From: Candidatus Staskawiczbacteria bacterium
GTDB taxonomy: Bacteria; Patescibacteriota; Minisyncoccia; Minisyncoccales; Staskawiczbacteraceae
NCBI GenBank assembly: GCA_943357015.1
Contig: CALRFZ010000002.1
Coordinates: 1-39,575, forward strand
Length of the DNA: 39,575 bases
Reading direction: 5' to 3'
Made by a program: the position numbers and the translations under genes
Part shown: positions 27,759-35,913 of the stretch, piece by piece
Position numbering within the stretch: position 1 is the stretch's first letter
Layout: every line of letters starts with the position of its first letter
Notes under the pieces: generated by a model
Seen by the model: the letters and a program-made list of their open reading frames with translations, nothing else
Database searches by the model: none
Told to the model about the DNA's origin: nothing

Positions 27759-28370
27759 CTATGGCAAATTCAAATTTCTCTGTGAGACTGTGGTTTGAAT
27801 AATTTTTTCCTGCTGACGACCTGTTAACTGAGTTTTAACATCTAACAAAACCGTTACCCTTGGTTGAATTAAATCACCACCTGTAGCAAATCCCAAAGTA
27901 CTATCGCCATTGATTATAAATTTACCATATTTAATTTCAAGTCTATCCGATAAAATATTTTTAGCCGTGCCATTACCTTTAATTTCCTTTAAAGCTGGCT
28001 TGGCTGGATCGGTAGTGCTATCTAAGAAAAATTCCTGACAAGCATTGCCATCTGTCTGATTAATAAATTTAACTCCGTGACAAATATTACCAGTGTCGCA
28101 GTGCGTTAAAAGATAAATATAACCTGCTTGGCCAAGGCAATTTCCACTCGCATCCTTAGTGGCCATACGAATTGCCTTAGACATATATTCTATCGCAAAA
28201 CTGGTTTGATTTAATAATTCTTGTTCAGCCAAAATTCGTCGCTCACTTGAAACCATAGAAATAAAAACATCTGCCACCACCCCAATAATAATTAAAAATA
28301 CAGCCAAAACCACCACCAGTTCAATAATAGTAAACCCTTTTTGATATTTTTTTTGTTTATCGTTTGTCAA
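27759..28370 (-). CDS. Prepilin-type minor pilin / pseudopilin
   Basis: Class III signal KGFTIIELVVVLAVFLIIIGV. A TTG start at 28370 is preferred (giving MTNDKQKKYQKG|FTIIE). The ORF-track start 28436 translates heptamer repeats. Confidence 0.6.
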   Translation of the reverse strand: MTNDKQKKYQKGFTIIELVVVLAVFLIIIGVVADVFISMVSSERRILAEQELLNQTSFAIEYMSKAIRMATKDASGNCLGQAGYIYLLTHCDTGNICHGVKFINQTDGNACQEFFLDSTTDPAKPALKEIKGNGTAKNILSDRLEIKYGKFIINGDSTLGFATGGDLIQPRVTVLLDVKTQLTGRQQEKIIQTTVSQRNLNLP

Positions 28371-28431
28371 TTTAGTAAAAGTTACTAGTGAATAGTTGGT
28401 AGTGAGTAGTTTTGCCAGTTGCCAGTTCGCC

Positions 28432-28466
28432 GTCAAATGTCAATTGTTAAATGTTAATTGTCAATT
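28432..28466. repeat. 35-nt heptamer block (GTCAAAT GTCAATT GTTAAAT GTTAATT GTCAATT), left partner of a 1.15-kb-spaced inverted repeat
   Basis: Matches the reverse complement of 29589-29623 at 32/35 positions. Confidence 0.85.
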
Positions 28467-28473
28467 ACCACCA

Positions 28474-29016
28474 CTACAACCAATTATACAAATATTCATC
28501 AGCCTGAAAATTAAAATCTTGATTATTATAGCTCCACAGTACCACCACATTAACTTTCAAAATATCACTGGTGCCCTCAACTGGACTAATTGTAATTTTT
28601 CTTTTAAATATTGTGGGCGTACTATTAGCATCATAATCGTAAAAACCCTGAGCATTTAAACCTAAAAATTCACCGTCATAGAGTGCCAATTGACCAGTAT
28701 TAATAGTTTTATAGCTGGCTATACAACCGCGATCACAGGGATTGCCCGCCAAACCCAGCGACCAAGTAATACCGGCATTACTTGGATCAGAAGCCATAGC
28801 AATAAAATTATTATCACGCAGGTTTCTGACAATTTCTAGGCCCTCTGAGGCTAAATAAACCGCGGTAAAACGCGAAGAAACGCCATAAGTTAGTGCTGTC
28901 ATACTTGAAAACGCGCTATAAACTAAAACCACACCAAAAAGCAATATTGACACTGCAATAATTATTTCAATTAAAGTAAATCCCCTGCTAGAGTTTAAAT
29001 TTTTTTTAACTTGCAT
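28474..29016 (-). CDS. Prepilin-type minor pilin
   Basis: MQVKKNLNSSRG|FTLIEIIIAVSILLFGVVLVYS. Confidence 0.65.
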   Translation of the reverse strand: MQVKKNLNSSRGFTLIEIIIAVSILLFGVVLVYSAFSSMTALTYGVSSRFTAVYLASEGLEIVRNLRDNNFIAMASDPSNAGITWSLGLAGNPCDRGCIASYKTINTGQLALYDGEFLGLNAQGFYDYDANSTPTIFKRKITISPVEGTSDILKVNVVVLWSYNNQDFNFQADEYLYNWL

Positions 29017-29049
29017 TAAATTATCAATATTAAACTAAAATCATTACAA

Positions 29050-29625
29050 TTATTTTATTTCCACCAGTCCCGATGTATTAACCGATACTGTTCTTTCTTG
29101 GGCCAGATCATCCTCAATCGCAAATATAATATTTACATTGCTTTGATTTGGTTGTAATTGGGTAATTGTAGTTGTGGGTCCCGGTGGAGTAAAATTTATA
29201 CTCACATTATTGCCAACCACATTTTGCACTTCCTTAATGATAATTCCCGGTTCAATAACACTAAGATCAATAACAGACACTAAATAATCTCCTAAATCAT
29301 ACTGAAAATTACCGGGATATTTATCGGCGTAAATAATATATTTTTTATTGTCTGACATATCCACATAAACTCCGTATCCGCTAATGGGTCGCTCAACACC
29401 ATTAGCATCTTTATACTTCATTGAAGTATTTTGGATTTTTCGGGTATTTTGCAAAAAACCGTGCACCGTCCGCGACAAAGATAAATTTAATCTAATTTGA
29501 GGGAAATTAGATATTAAAACTAATAAAAAAGAGGTCATTAAAGCTAAAACCACCATTATTTCGATAATAGTAAAACCCCTTTGGCGACAATTGACAATTG
29601 ACATTTGACAATTAACATTTGACAT
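29050..29625 (-). CDS. Prepilin-type minor pilin
   Basis: ...CRQRG|FTIIEIMVVLALM. An alternative ATG lies at 29604. The first 12 codons are made of the GTCAAAT/GTCAATT heptamer repeat. Confidence 0.65.
   Translation of the reverse strand: MSNVNCQMSIVNCRQRGFTIIEIMVVLALMTSFLLVLISNFPQIRLNLSLSRTVHGFLQNTRKIQNTSMKYKDANGVERPISGYGVYVDMSDNKKYIIYADKYPGNFQYDLGDYLVSVIDLSVIEPGIIIKEVQNVVGNNVSINFTPPGPTTTITQLQPNQSNVNIIFAIEDDLAQERTVSVNTSGLVEIK
29589..29623. repeat. Right partner of the inverted repeat
   Basis: See 28432-28466. It overlaps the first codons of the 191-aa pilin ORF. Confidence 0.85.
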
Positions 29626-29638
29626 CTATTGAAGTTTT

Positions 29639-30442
29639 TTAAAAAATAAGAAAACTCGAATACCAATTAATTATTTGGTTGCCAAACAACATTGCTATCA
29701 ATGTTCCGACAATTAAAAACGGCGCAAACGGAACCTCGCTTTTTAGACCTTTTTTATCAAAAAATATCAATATCAAACCTATTATAGCACCTAAAAAGAA
29801 AGCTAAAAATAGCCCCACTAAAATATTGGGACATCCCAAAGTTAATCCCAGCAAAATTGCCAGCTTTACATCACCAAAACCCATCCACTGACCACGGGAT
29901 ATTAAATAAATAAACAAGAAAAAACCAGAGGCGATAACAACGGCTAGAAAGTAATTCCCAATTCCCAATTCCCAATTCCCAATCAAAATACTGTTAACAA
30001 TGCGATATAAAAATGTAATAAAAATAGCTGGGAATAACACTTTATCTGGAATTAGGTAAAATTTAAGGTCGTAGACAAAAATAACTATTAAAGAACTAGC
30101 AATATAGAATAAAAAAGCAAGATTTATTAAGTCAATCGCATTGAAAATTGGTAATTGGTAATTGGTAATTAGTAAAAATACTATCGCCACTGATATTTCT
30201 ACCAACGGGTACTGTATGGAAATTTTCTTACAACAGTATTGGCATCGCCCTTTTAAAAATAAAAAACTTAAGACTGGAATTAAATCCAACCAAACCAAAT
30301 TATGTTTACACTCTGGGCAATATGATCTGCCACCTAAAAAACTTTGATTTTGTTCTAGTCTATATATAGCGCAGTTTAAAAAACTGCCAATACAAAGGCC
30401 AAATAAAAATACTAAAAAATTAAGTAAAATCACATCAATCAT
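29639..30442 (-). CDS. pilD: Prepilin peptidase (A24 family, PilD/ComC-like)
   Basis: GLCIGSFLNCAIYRL, CPECKHNL...GRCQYCCKKI and GFGDVKL. ATG 30442 is preferred over the GTG at 30484, which overlaps a palindrome. Confidence 0.85.
   Translation of the reverse strand: MIDVILLNFLVFLFGLCIGSFLNCAIYRLEQNQSFLGGRSYCPECKHNLVWLDLIPVLSFLFLKGRCQYCCKKISIQYPLVEISVAIVFLLITNYQLPIFNAIDLINLAFLFYIASSLIVIFVYDLKFYLIPDKVLFPAIFITFLYRIVNSILIGNWELGIGNYFLAVVIASGFFLFIYLISRGQWMGFGDVKLAILLGLTLGCPNILVGLFLAFFLGAIIGLILIFFDKKGLKSEVPFAPFLIVGTLIAMLFGNQIINWYSSFLIF
29953..29980. repeat. (AATTCCC)x4 tandem heptamer inside the pilD CDS
   Basis: Read directly. It encodes LIGNWELGIGNY on the minus strand. Confidence 0.9.
30147..30167. 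repeat. (ATTGGTA)x3 tandem heptamer inside the pilD CDS, inverted relative to the first array
   Basis: Read directly. It encodes ITNYQLPI. Confidence 0.9.
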
Positions 30443-30475
30443 ATAAGAATAATTATAACACAGGTCCCATAAATT

Positions 30476-30504
30476 AAAAAACACTTTTTTTAAAAGTGTT
30501 TTTT
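30476..30504 (-). terminator. AT-rich perfect palindrome between major pilin and pilD (possible attenuator)
   Basis: AAAAAACACTTTT-ttt-AAAAGTGTTTTTT, a 13-bp stem flanked by A/T runs. Confidence 0.4.
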
Positions 30505-30525
30505 AATTTATCGCTAAAACAAAAA

Positions 30526-30939
30526 CTAAATGCAAGCTCCTGCGGCTGGACAAGCAAGCGCGCAAGTATTAGCTGATTCTTTTTTAACCCCAGTAGAATC
30601 AACACAGAAAACATTTCCTGCTGTTACCTTTAAGGTTGAGCAAGCGCACCATGCAGTATTAGTTCCGTTTTGTGTACAAGTTGAAGCACCGCCAGCGCCT
30701 GCAATAGCTAACTGAGGAACTGTCACATTTGTACTTGCACAAAAACCAGCGTAAGTTGAATTAGTGTCGTAAAAAACTGCACCGTTAGTTAAGATAGTAG
30801 ACAAGTTTCCTTTAATCGATGCGTCTCTGCCTTTGTTGATGTAAGAGGTGACATTTACCAATACAATACCCGTTAAAACGGCGATAATAGCAACCACAAC
30901 TAAAAGCTCAATAATAGTAAAACCTTTTGATTTATTCAT
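30526..30939 (-). CDS. Type IV (major) pilin, Cys-rich C-terminal domain
   Basis: MNKSKG|FTIIELLVVVAIIAVLTGIVLV. 8 Cys in the globular part. ATG 30939 is preferred over 30966. Confidence 0.7.
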   Translation of the reverse strand: MNKSKGFTIIELLVVVAIIAVLTGIVLVNVTSYINKGRDASIKGNLSTILTNGAVFYDTNSTYAGFCASTNVTVPQLAIAGAGGASTCTQNGTNTAWCACSTLKVTAGNVFCVDSTGVKKESANTCALACPAAGACI

Positions 30940-31005
30940 TTTTATTTTTTCAATGACCAAAGTCATTTTCTAATTATTAAATCTAAAATCTCGACCTTTT
31001 AAAAT

Positions 31006-31014
31006 TTATCCACA
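31006..31014 (+). promoter_or_regulatory. Perfect DnaA-box 9-mer TTATCCACA upstream of the major pilin gene
   Basis: Exact match to the consensus R-box. Confidence 0.5.
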
Positions 31015-31076
31015 TTCAATCTCACGCAAAACTAACTTTATTATATTATTTATTACTACAATACACAATAAATAAT

Positions 31077-31085
31077 TGTGGATAA
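31077..31085 (-). promoter_or_regulatory. Second perfect DnaA-box 9-mer (TGTGGATAA on the + strand)
   Basis: Exact match in inverted orientation, 62 bp from the first. Confidence 0.5.
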
Positions 31086-31159
31086 CTCTATGCTAGCTGA
31101 TAAATAACAACTAACTACTAACTTCTGACTACGAATAAAACTACTCACTACAAACTAAC

Positions 31160-32368
31160 CTATATATTTCCTAGCGCGCCATATAAAGGAGCAAAAACTG
31201 ATATAGCCAAAATTCCCACAATCACGCCTAAAAATATAATCAACATCGGCTCTAGAAGAGTTAAAAATAAATCTATTGCTCGTTTAATTTCCTTTTGATA
31301 AAAAGCTACTACTTCCATAAGGGTCTTATCTAATTTACCAGTTTCTTCACCCACTTTAATCATCTGAATCACAAATGCTGGAAAATAAACTGGGTTGGCC
31401 AGTAAAACCGAACTAATTTTCTCGCCTTCAGAAACTTGTTTCCCTATTTGACCGATGATTTTTTTATAAACAGTGTTATTGACCGTATCTTCCGTAATTT
31501 TTAAAGCCTTATTAATAGAAATCCCCGAAGTCATAAGAGTAGAAATATTACCACAAAATCTAGCCAAAAACACTTTTCTTAAAATGTCCCCTAAAAATGG
31601 TATTTTAAGAGATAACTTGTCGTACAATTTTTTACCAGCTTCAGTTTTAAGATAAAAAAATATACCAATTGCGCAAATAAATAACGCTAAAATTATTGTC
31701 CACCAAAATTGGCCTAGTAAAGCATAAAAGCTCAACATTAGGGCAGTAAAATCTGATGGACTGCTAGTGGATTGCTCAATTAACTCTTTGATTTTTGGCA
31801 ACAAAAAAATAATAATGATATTAACAACCACAAAAAGAATTGAAATGGTAAATATAGGATAGATCATTGCCTGCTGGACCTGAGAAACAATATCGTGTTC
31901 TCGCTCCAAGTGTTCTGAAATATAATATAATGTTTCAGATATTTTGCCCGACAATTCTCCAGATCGAATCAAATTAACATAAAAATTATCGAAAGTTTTA
32001 GGAAAATGACTAAAAGCTTCCGATAAAGACACTCCACCTTCCACCAAACGCGAAACCTCAATAATAGTTTTTTTAAAGCCAGCTTTTTTCGTTTGAATTG
32101 CCAGACTTGCAAGACTCTGAATGACTGGCACGCGAGATTCAAGCATAACCGCTAACTGACGAGAAAATATTGCCAAATCTTTTGTTGAAACCTTACCCTC
32201 AAAACTAAAATTTTTAAAAAAAGAACCCTTAACATTTTCTGGTTCTATAGAAGTGACAAAAATATTATATTTTTGCAATAAAACCACGGCTAATTCTTTC
32301 GTATTAGCTTCAATTATTCCAGTTTCAATTTTTCCTTCTAAGGTTCGCGCCTTATATTTAAATTTCAT
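31160..32368 (-). CDS. pilC: Type IV pilus platform protein PilC (T2SSF family)
   Basis: Two T2SSF repeats and 3 TM segments. FSRQLAVMLESRVPVIQSL ... FCGNISTLMTSGISINKAL. 402 aa. Confidence 0.9.
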   Translation of the reverse strand: MKFKYKARTLEGKIETGIIEANTKELAVVLLQKYNIFVTSIEPENVKGSFFKNFSFEGKVSTKDLAIFSRQLAVMLESRVPVIQSLASLAIQTKKAGFKKTIIEVSRLVEGGVSLSEAFSHFPKTFDNFYVNLIRSGELSGKISETLYYISEHLEREHDIVSQVQQAMIYPIFTISILFVVVNIIIIFLLPKIKELIEQSTSSPSDFTALMLSFYALLGQFWWTIILALFICAIGIFFYLKTEAGKKLYDKLSLKIPFLGDILRKVFLARFCGNISTLMTSGISINKALKITEDTVNNTVYKKIIGQIGKQVSEGEKISSVLLANPVYFPAFVIQMIKVGEETGKLDKTLMEVVAFYQKEIKRAIDLFLTLLEPMLIIFLGVIVGILAISVFAPLYGALGNI

Positions 32369-32391
32369 AATTTCTTGCGAGAAATTTCCTG

Positions 32392-32449
32392 CGAATTACG
32401 AATCTTGGCGAATTACGAATACTTTGCTTATGGATTCGTAATTCGTAAG
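32392..32449. repeat. CGAATTACG-family palindrome filling the pilT-pilC spacer
   Basis: Two tandem left units plus the inverted partner GATTCGTAATTCGTAAG. Confidence 0.8.
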
Positions 32450-32454
32450 AATAT

Positions 32455-33519
32455 TTAAAGAAACAAATTCTTTAATTCCACTGGATTGGGTGAATAATCA
32501 ATGGCATTTTTTAAAGAAATTTCTTTTTGCCTGACCAGATCCCCTAAAGCTCGGTTTAAAGAAATCATTCCTTCTTTAGATGAAGTTTCAATTACTGATG
32601 GTATTTCATGGTTTTTATTTTCACGAATTAAATTTGAAATAGCGTTATTGCAAATCATAACTTCGCAAACCGGAATAAATCCCCCGCTAATTCTGGGAAC
32701 CAGCCTTTGCGATATCACTCCAAGCAAAGATGACGCTAACTGAAACCGAATTTGATTTTGCTGTTCCGCTGGAAAAACGTCAACCATTCTATTAATAGCC
32801 TGAGACGCTGAATTAGTATGCAATGTAGCAAAAACTAAGTGGCCAGTTTCGGCAGCGGTAATTGCCGTAGAAATAGTTTCTAAATCTCTCATTTCACCAA
32901 CCATAATTACATCAGGATTTTGCCGAAAAGTAGATTTTAAAGCATTGGCAAAACTGTGCGTGTCAGTTAAAACTTCTCGCTGTTCAATTATCGCCCTATC
33001 TCCCTGATAAATAAATTCAATTGGGTCTTCAATGGTAATAATATGCACGGACTTAGTATGATTTATTTCATCTAAAAGCGCGGATAGGGTAGTGGATTTT
33101 CCTTGCCCAGATGCGCCAGTTACCAGTAGCAAACCTTGTGATTTTTTAGTAAATTCGTGCAATACGGCCGGCAAAGCCAGTTCTTCTATTGTTCTAATTT
33201 TAGGAGAAATTAACCGCAAAGCCAAACTAATAGTGTCTTTTTGGAAAAAAATATTCACCCGAAATCTCGCCTTGCCGTCAAAGTCGTAAGAAAAATCCAT
33301 TTCTTTAGTTTCTAAAAATTTTACTTGTCTCGTTTCACCCATTAAATGAAAGGCAAAACCTTTAGAAATTTCTGGCGTAATAATTTTTTCCGAAAGAATT
33401 GGCACTAGTTGCCCGACAATTCTAATTGTCGGCGGATGACCAACGCAAATAATTAAATCCGAAGCCTTTTCTTTAATAGTAATGTCTAAGATTTTTTTAA
33501 AATTTTGCAGAAAATCCAT
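32455..33519 (-). CDS. pilT: Twitching-motility / retraction ATPase PilT
   Basis: ASDLIICVGHPP, Walker A GASGQGKSTTLSAL, GEMRDLETI and ATLHTNSA. ATG 33519 (MDFLQNF) is preferred over 33579. Confidence 0.9.
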   Translation of the reverse strand: MDFLQNFKKILDITIKEKASDLIICVGHPPTIRIVGQLVPILSEKIITPEISKGFAFHLMGETRQVKFLETKEMDFSYDFDGKARFRVNIFFQKDTISLALRLISPKIRTIEELALPAVLHEFTKKSQGLLLVTGASGQGKSTTLSALLDEINHTKSVHIITIEDPIEFIYQGDRAIIEQREVLTDTHSFANALKSTFRQNPDVIMVGEMRDLETISTAITAAETGHLVFATLHTNSASQAINRMVDVFPAEQQNQIRFQLASSLLGVISQRLVPRISGGFIPVCEVMICNNAISNLIRENKNHEIPSVIETSSKEGMISLNRALGDLVRQKEISLKNAIDYSPNPVELKNLFL

Positions 33520-33585
33520 AATGGTTAAATACGAAATTCGAATATATACATAGCTAAAACTATTTATATATTGCGTCACTCGGTC

Positions 33586-33614
33586 AGCATTTGAAAATTA
33601 TATTTTCAAATGCT
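33586..33614. promoter_or_regulatory. Perfect 13-bp inverted repeat with 3-nt spacer between pilB and pilT
   Basis: AGCATTTGAAAAT-tat-ATTTTCAAATGCT. No U-run follows on the coding strand. Confidence 0.6.
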
Positions 33615-33679
33615 TCCCTTCGCTAGCAGTATCGAAATTCGAAACAATAAACTAGCTTTAAACAATAAATAAAATATTT

Positions 33680-35407
33680 TTAATTTTCTTGGGTTACTCG
33701 GATAATTTCGGCAATTGTGGTCTGACCGTCAAGCACTTTTAAAACCCCTTCTTGCGCCATAGTTAGCATTCCTTGTTTTTGGGCAGATTTTAAAATAACA
33801 CTTTCGGCGGGATTTTTTAAAATTACTTCAATTAATTCTTCAGTTATTGGCAAAACTTCGTAAAGCCCCATTCTGCCCTTATATCCTTTAAAACTACAAA
33901 AATCACATCCATTCGCTTCAAATACTTGCAGGGGATTGGAAACTTTTAAGTCTTTTTTAATAAAATCTGGCAAAGTTTTTAAAATTCCAATAATATAATT
34001 TTTTACTTTTTCATTGGGATTAACTTTTTTCCGACACTTTGGACAAAGAGTTCTAATTAGTCTTTGGGCAATTACCGCCCGCAAAGTTGAGGGAATTAAA
34101 AATGGCCTGACACCCATATCAATTAATCTTGGAATAACTCCAACCGCAGAATTAGTGTGCAATGTTGATAGCACCACATGCCCCGTTAAAGCCGCGTTAA
34201 TTACCAGACTAGCAGTTTCTTCGTCGCGAATTTCACCCACCATAATAATATTGGGGTCTTGGCGTAAAATTTGACGCAAACCTTCAGCAAAACTATAACC
34301 AATATCGGCTCTAATTTGTGATTGATTAACTCCAGCAATAGAATACTCAATCGGGTCTTCAATGGTAACCACATTTACACTTTCCTGATTTAATATTCGC
34401 ATCAAACTATAAAGAGTGGTAGTTTTACCGGAACCCGTGGGTCCCGACGATAAAATTAATCCATAAGGCATTTTTAGAGCTTTTTGAATAACTTCTATAT
34501 TACGCGCTGAAAAACCCATATCATCAAATGATTTTAATCCTTCCATTGGGTTTAAAACTCTAATTTCTACTTTTTCACCGTATAAAATTGGAAAAGTTGC
34601 CACTCTAAAATCGATATCTTTATTATTAATCTTGGCTGAAAAACGACCGTCCTGAGGGATTCTGTTTTCATCAATTTTCAAATTAGCTAAAATTTTAATG
34701 CGCGAAACAATTGAAAGGTGAACTGATAATGGCAAAAAAAGACTTAAATGCAAAATACCATCTTGCCGAAAACGAATATTTAATCTATCCCGATTAGGCT
34801 CAATATGAATATCAGAAGCATTACCTTCAATGGCGTGTCTTAAAATTACCAACACCATTTTAATAACTGGCGCCTCATCGGCAAATTTATCGCTCACGCT
34901 GTTTTGATCTAAAGCTGTTAAAACTTCTTTTTTATCTTCTGTTTCCGTAATCTCCTGTAAAGCTTTTTTCGTTTCTATTTCTAAGGTTTTATACTGCTTT
35001 AAAATGGCGCGTAAATCGGAAAATGTAATCAAATAAACCTCACAGACAAAATTTTCCTTACGACTTAAAAATTGCAAAGCATTGCGACTGGCAATGTCTT
35101 CTGGGTAAACCATACCCACTCCAATGACTTTATCTTTTTTAAATAGTGGCACCATTTTATAGTTTGATGCGGCTGCTCCAGAAATTAACTCCAACGCCTC
35201 TTGAGGGATTCCTTTTTGATCAATTTTAGCTAATGGCACATTAATCAGTTTGCTTTTTAACTCAAAAAGCGAGGCCTCAGAAACAATATTATTTTCTAAA
35301 ATAATTTCCTCCTCGGTTTTAATCGATTTTTTTAGAATTGCAACAAGCTCATTTTTTTTCTGATCGGAAATTACGCCGTTGCCGTATAGTTCCTGAATAA
35401 GTTTCAT
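33680..35407 (-). CDS. pilB: Type IV pilus assembly ATPase PilB (GspE family)
   Basis: T2SSE_N-like N-domain, Walker A GPTGSGKTTTLYS, GEIRDEETA, STLHTNSA and tetracysteine CPKC...CDFC. Confidence 0.9.
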   Translation of the reverse strand: MKLIQELYGNGVISDQKKNELVAILKKSIKTEEEIILENNIVSEASLFELKSKLINVPLAKIDQKGIPQEALELISGAAASNYKMVPLFKKDKVIGVGMVYPEDIASRNALQFLSRKENFVCEVYLITFSDLRAILKQYKTLEIETKKALQEITETEDKKEVLTALDQNSVSDKFADEAPVIKMVLVILRHAIEGNASDIHIEPNRDRLNIRFRQDGILHLSLFLPLSVHLSIVSRIKILANLKIDENRIPQDGRFSAKINNKDIDFRVATFPILYGEKVEIRVLNPMEGLKSFDDMGFSARNIEVIQKALKMPYGLILSSGPTGSGKTTTLYSLMRILNQESVNVVTIEDPIEYSIAGVNQSQIRADIGYSFAEGLRQILRQDPNIIMVGEIRDEETASLVINAALTGHVVLSTLHTNSAVGVIPRLIDMGVRPFLIPSTLRAVIAQRLIRTLCPKCRKKVNPNEKVKNYIIGILKTLPDFIKKDLKVSNPLQVFEANGCDFCSFKGYKGRMGLYEVLPITEELIEVILKNPAESVILKSAQKQGMLTMAQEGVLKVLDGQTTIAEIIRVTQEN

Positions 35408-35429
35408 AATTTTGTAATTTTTAAATCAA

Positions 35430-35864
35430 TTACTTAATTGGAGCTTTAAGATTAGATTGGTAATAAGAAGTAAAGGGTTCGCTTCGACCAATATTTACTT
35501 CTTTTAAACTAACTACTTTAAATCCAGATTCTTCAAGTAAATTTTGGGCATCAAAAGGAGTGAGAGCTAAAATGTTGCCAGTAACTAATTTGCCCTGCTG
35601 ATTTTTAACCACATATACAAACTCGGTTTCCAAATTACTAAATAAGTTTAAATTTTTAACTTTTTCAGAATTTAAAATATCCAAATTAATTATAACATCT
35701 GGCTTGGAAAAAGACACTTTAACTTTAGCGCTAGGCGTCGCATTTAGAAACTTAGGAATTAAAATAACCAAAGAACCTATCACTAAAAGTAAAACCAATA
35801 ATATTAAAATGATTTTAATAACCGTTTTTTGTTTTTGTTTTGGCGAGATAAAAACAATAGCCAT
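35430..35864 (-). CDS. Hypothetical bitopic membrane protein inside the pilus operon
   Basis: N-terminal TM IKIILILLVLLLVIGSLVILI followed by an extracytoplasmic domain of about 100 aa. No family recognised. Confidence 0.45.
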   Translation of the reverse strand: MAIVFISPKQKQKTVIKIILILLVLLLVIGSLVILIPKFLNATPSAKVKVSFSKPDVIINLDILNSEKVKNLNLFSNLETEFVYVVKNQQGKLVTGNILALTPFDAQNLLEESGFKVVSLKEVNIGRSEPFTSYYQSNLKAPIK

Positions 35865-35913
35865 AGTGATTAAGTTTCTAATTTCTAATTCCTAATTTTT
35901 AATTTCTAGTAGG

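Noticed and set aside
31006-31085. DnaA-box pair interpreted as the replication origin
   Set aside because: Only two boxes are present. There is no dnaA or dnaN nearby and no cluster of relaxed boxes, and the site lies inside a pilus operon. A regulatory site is more plausible than oriC.
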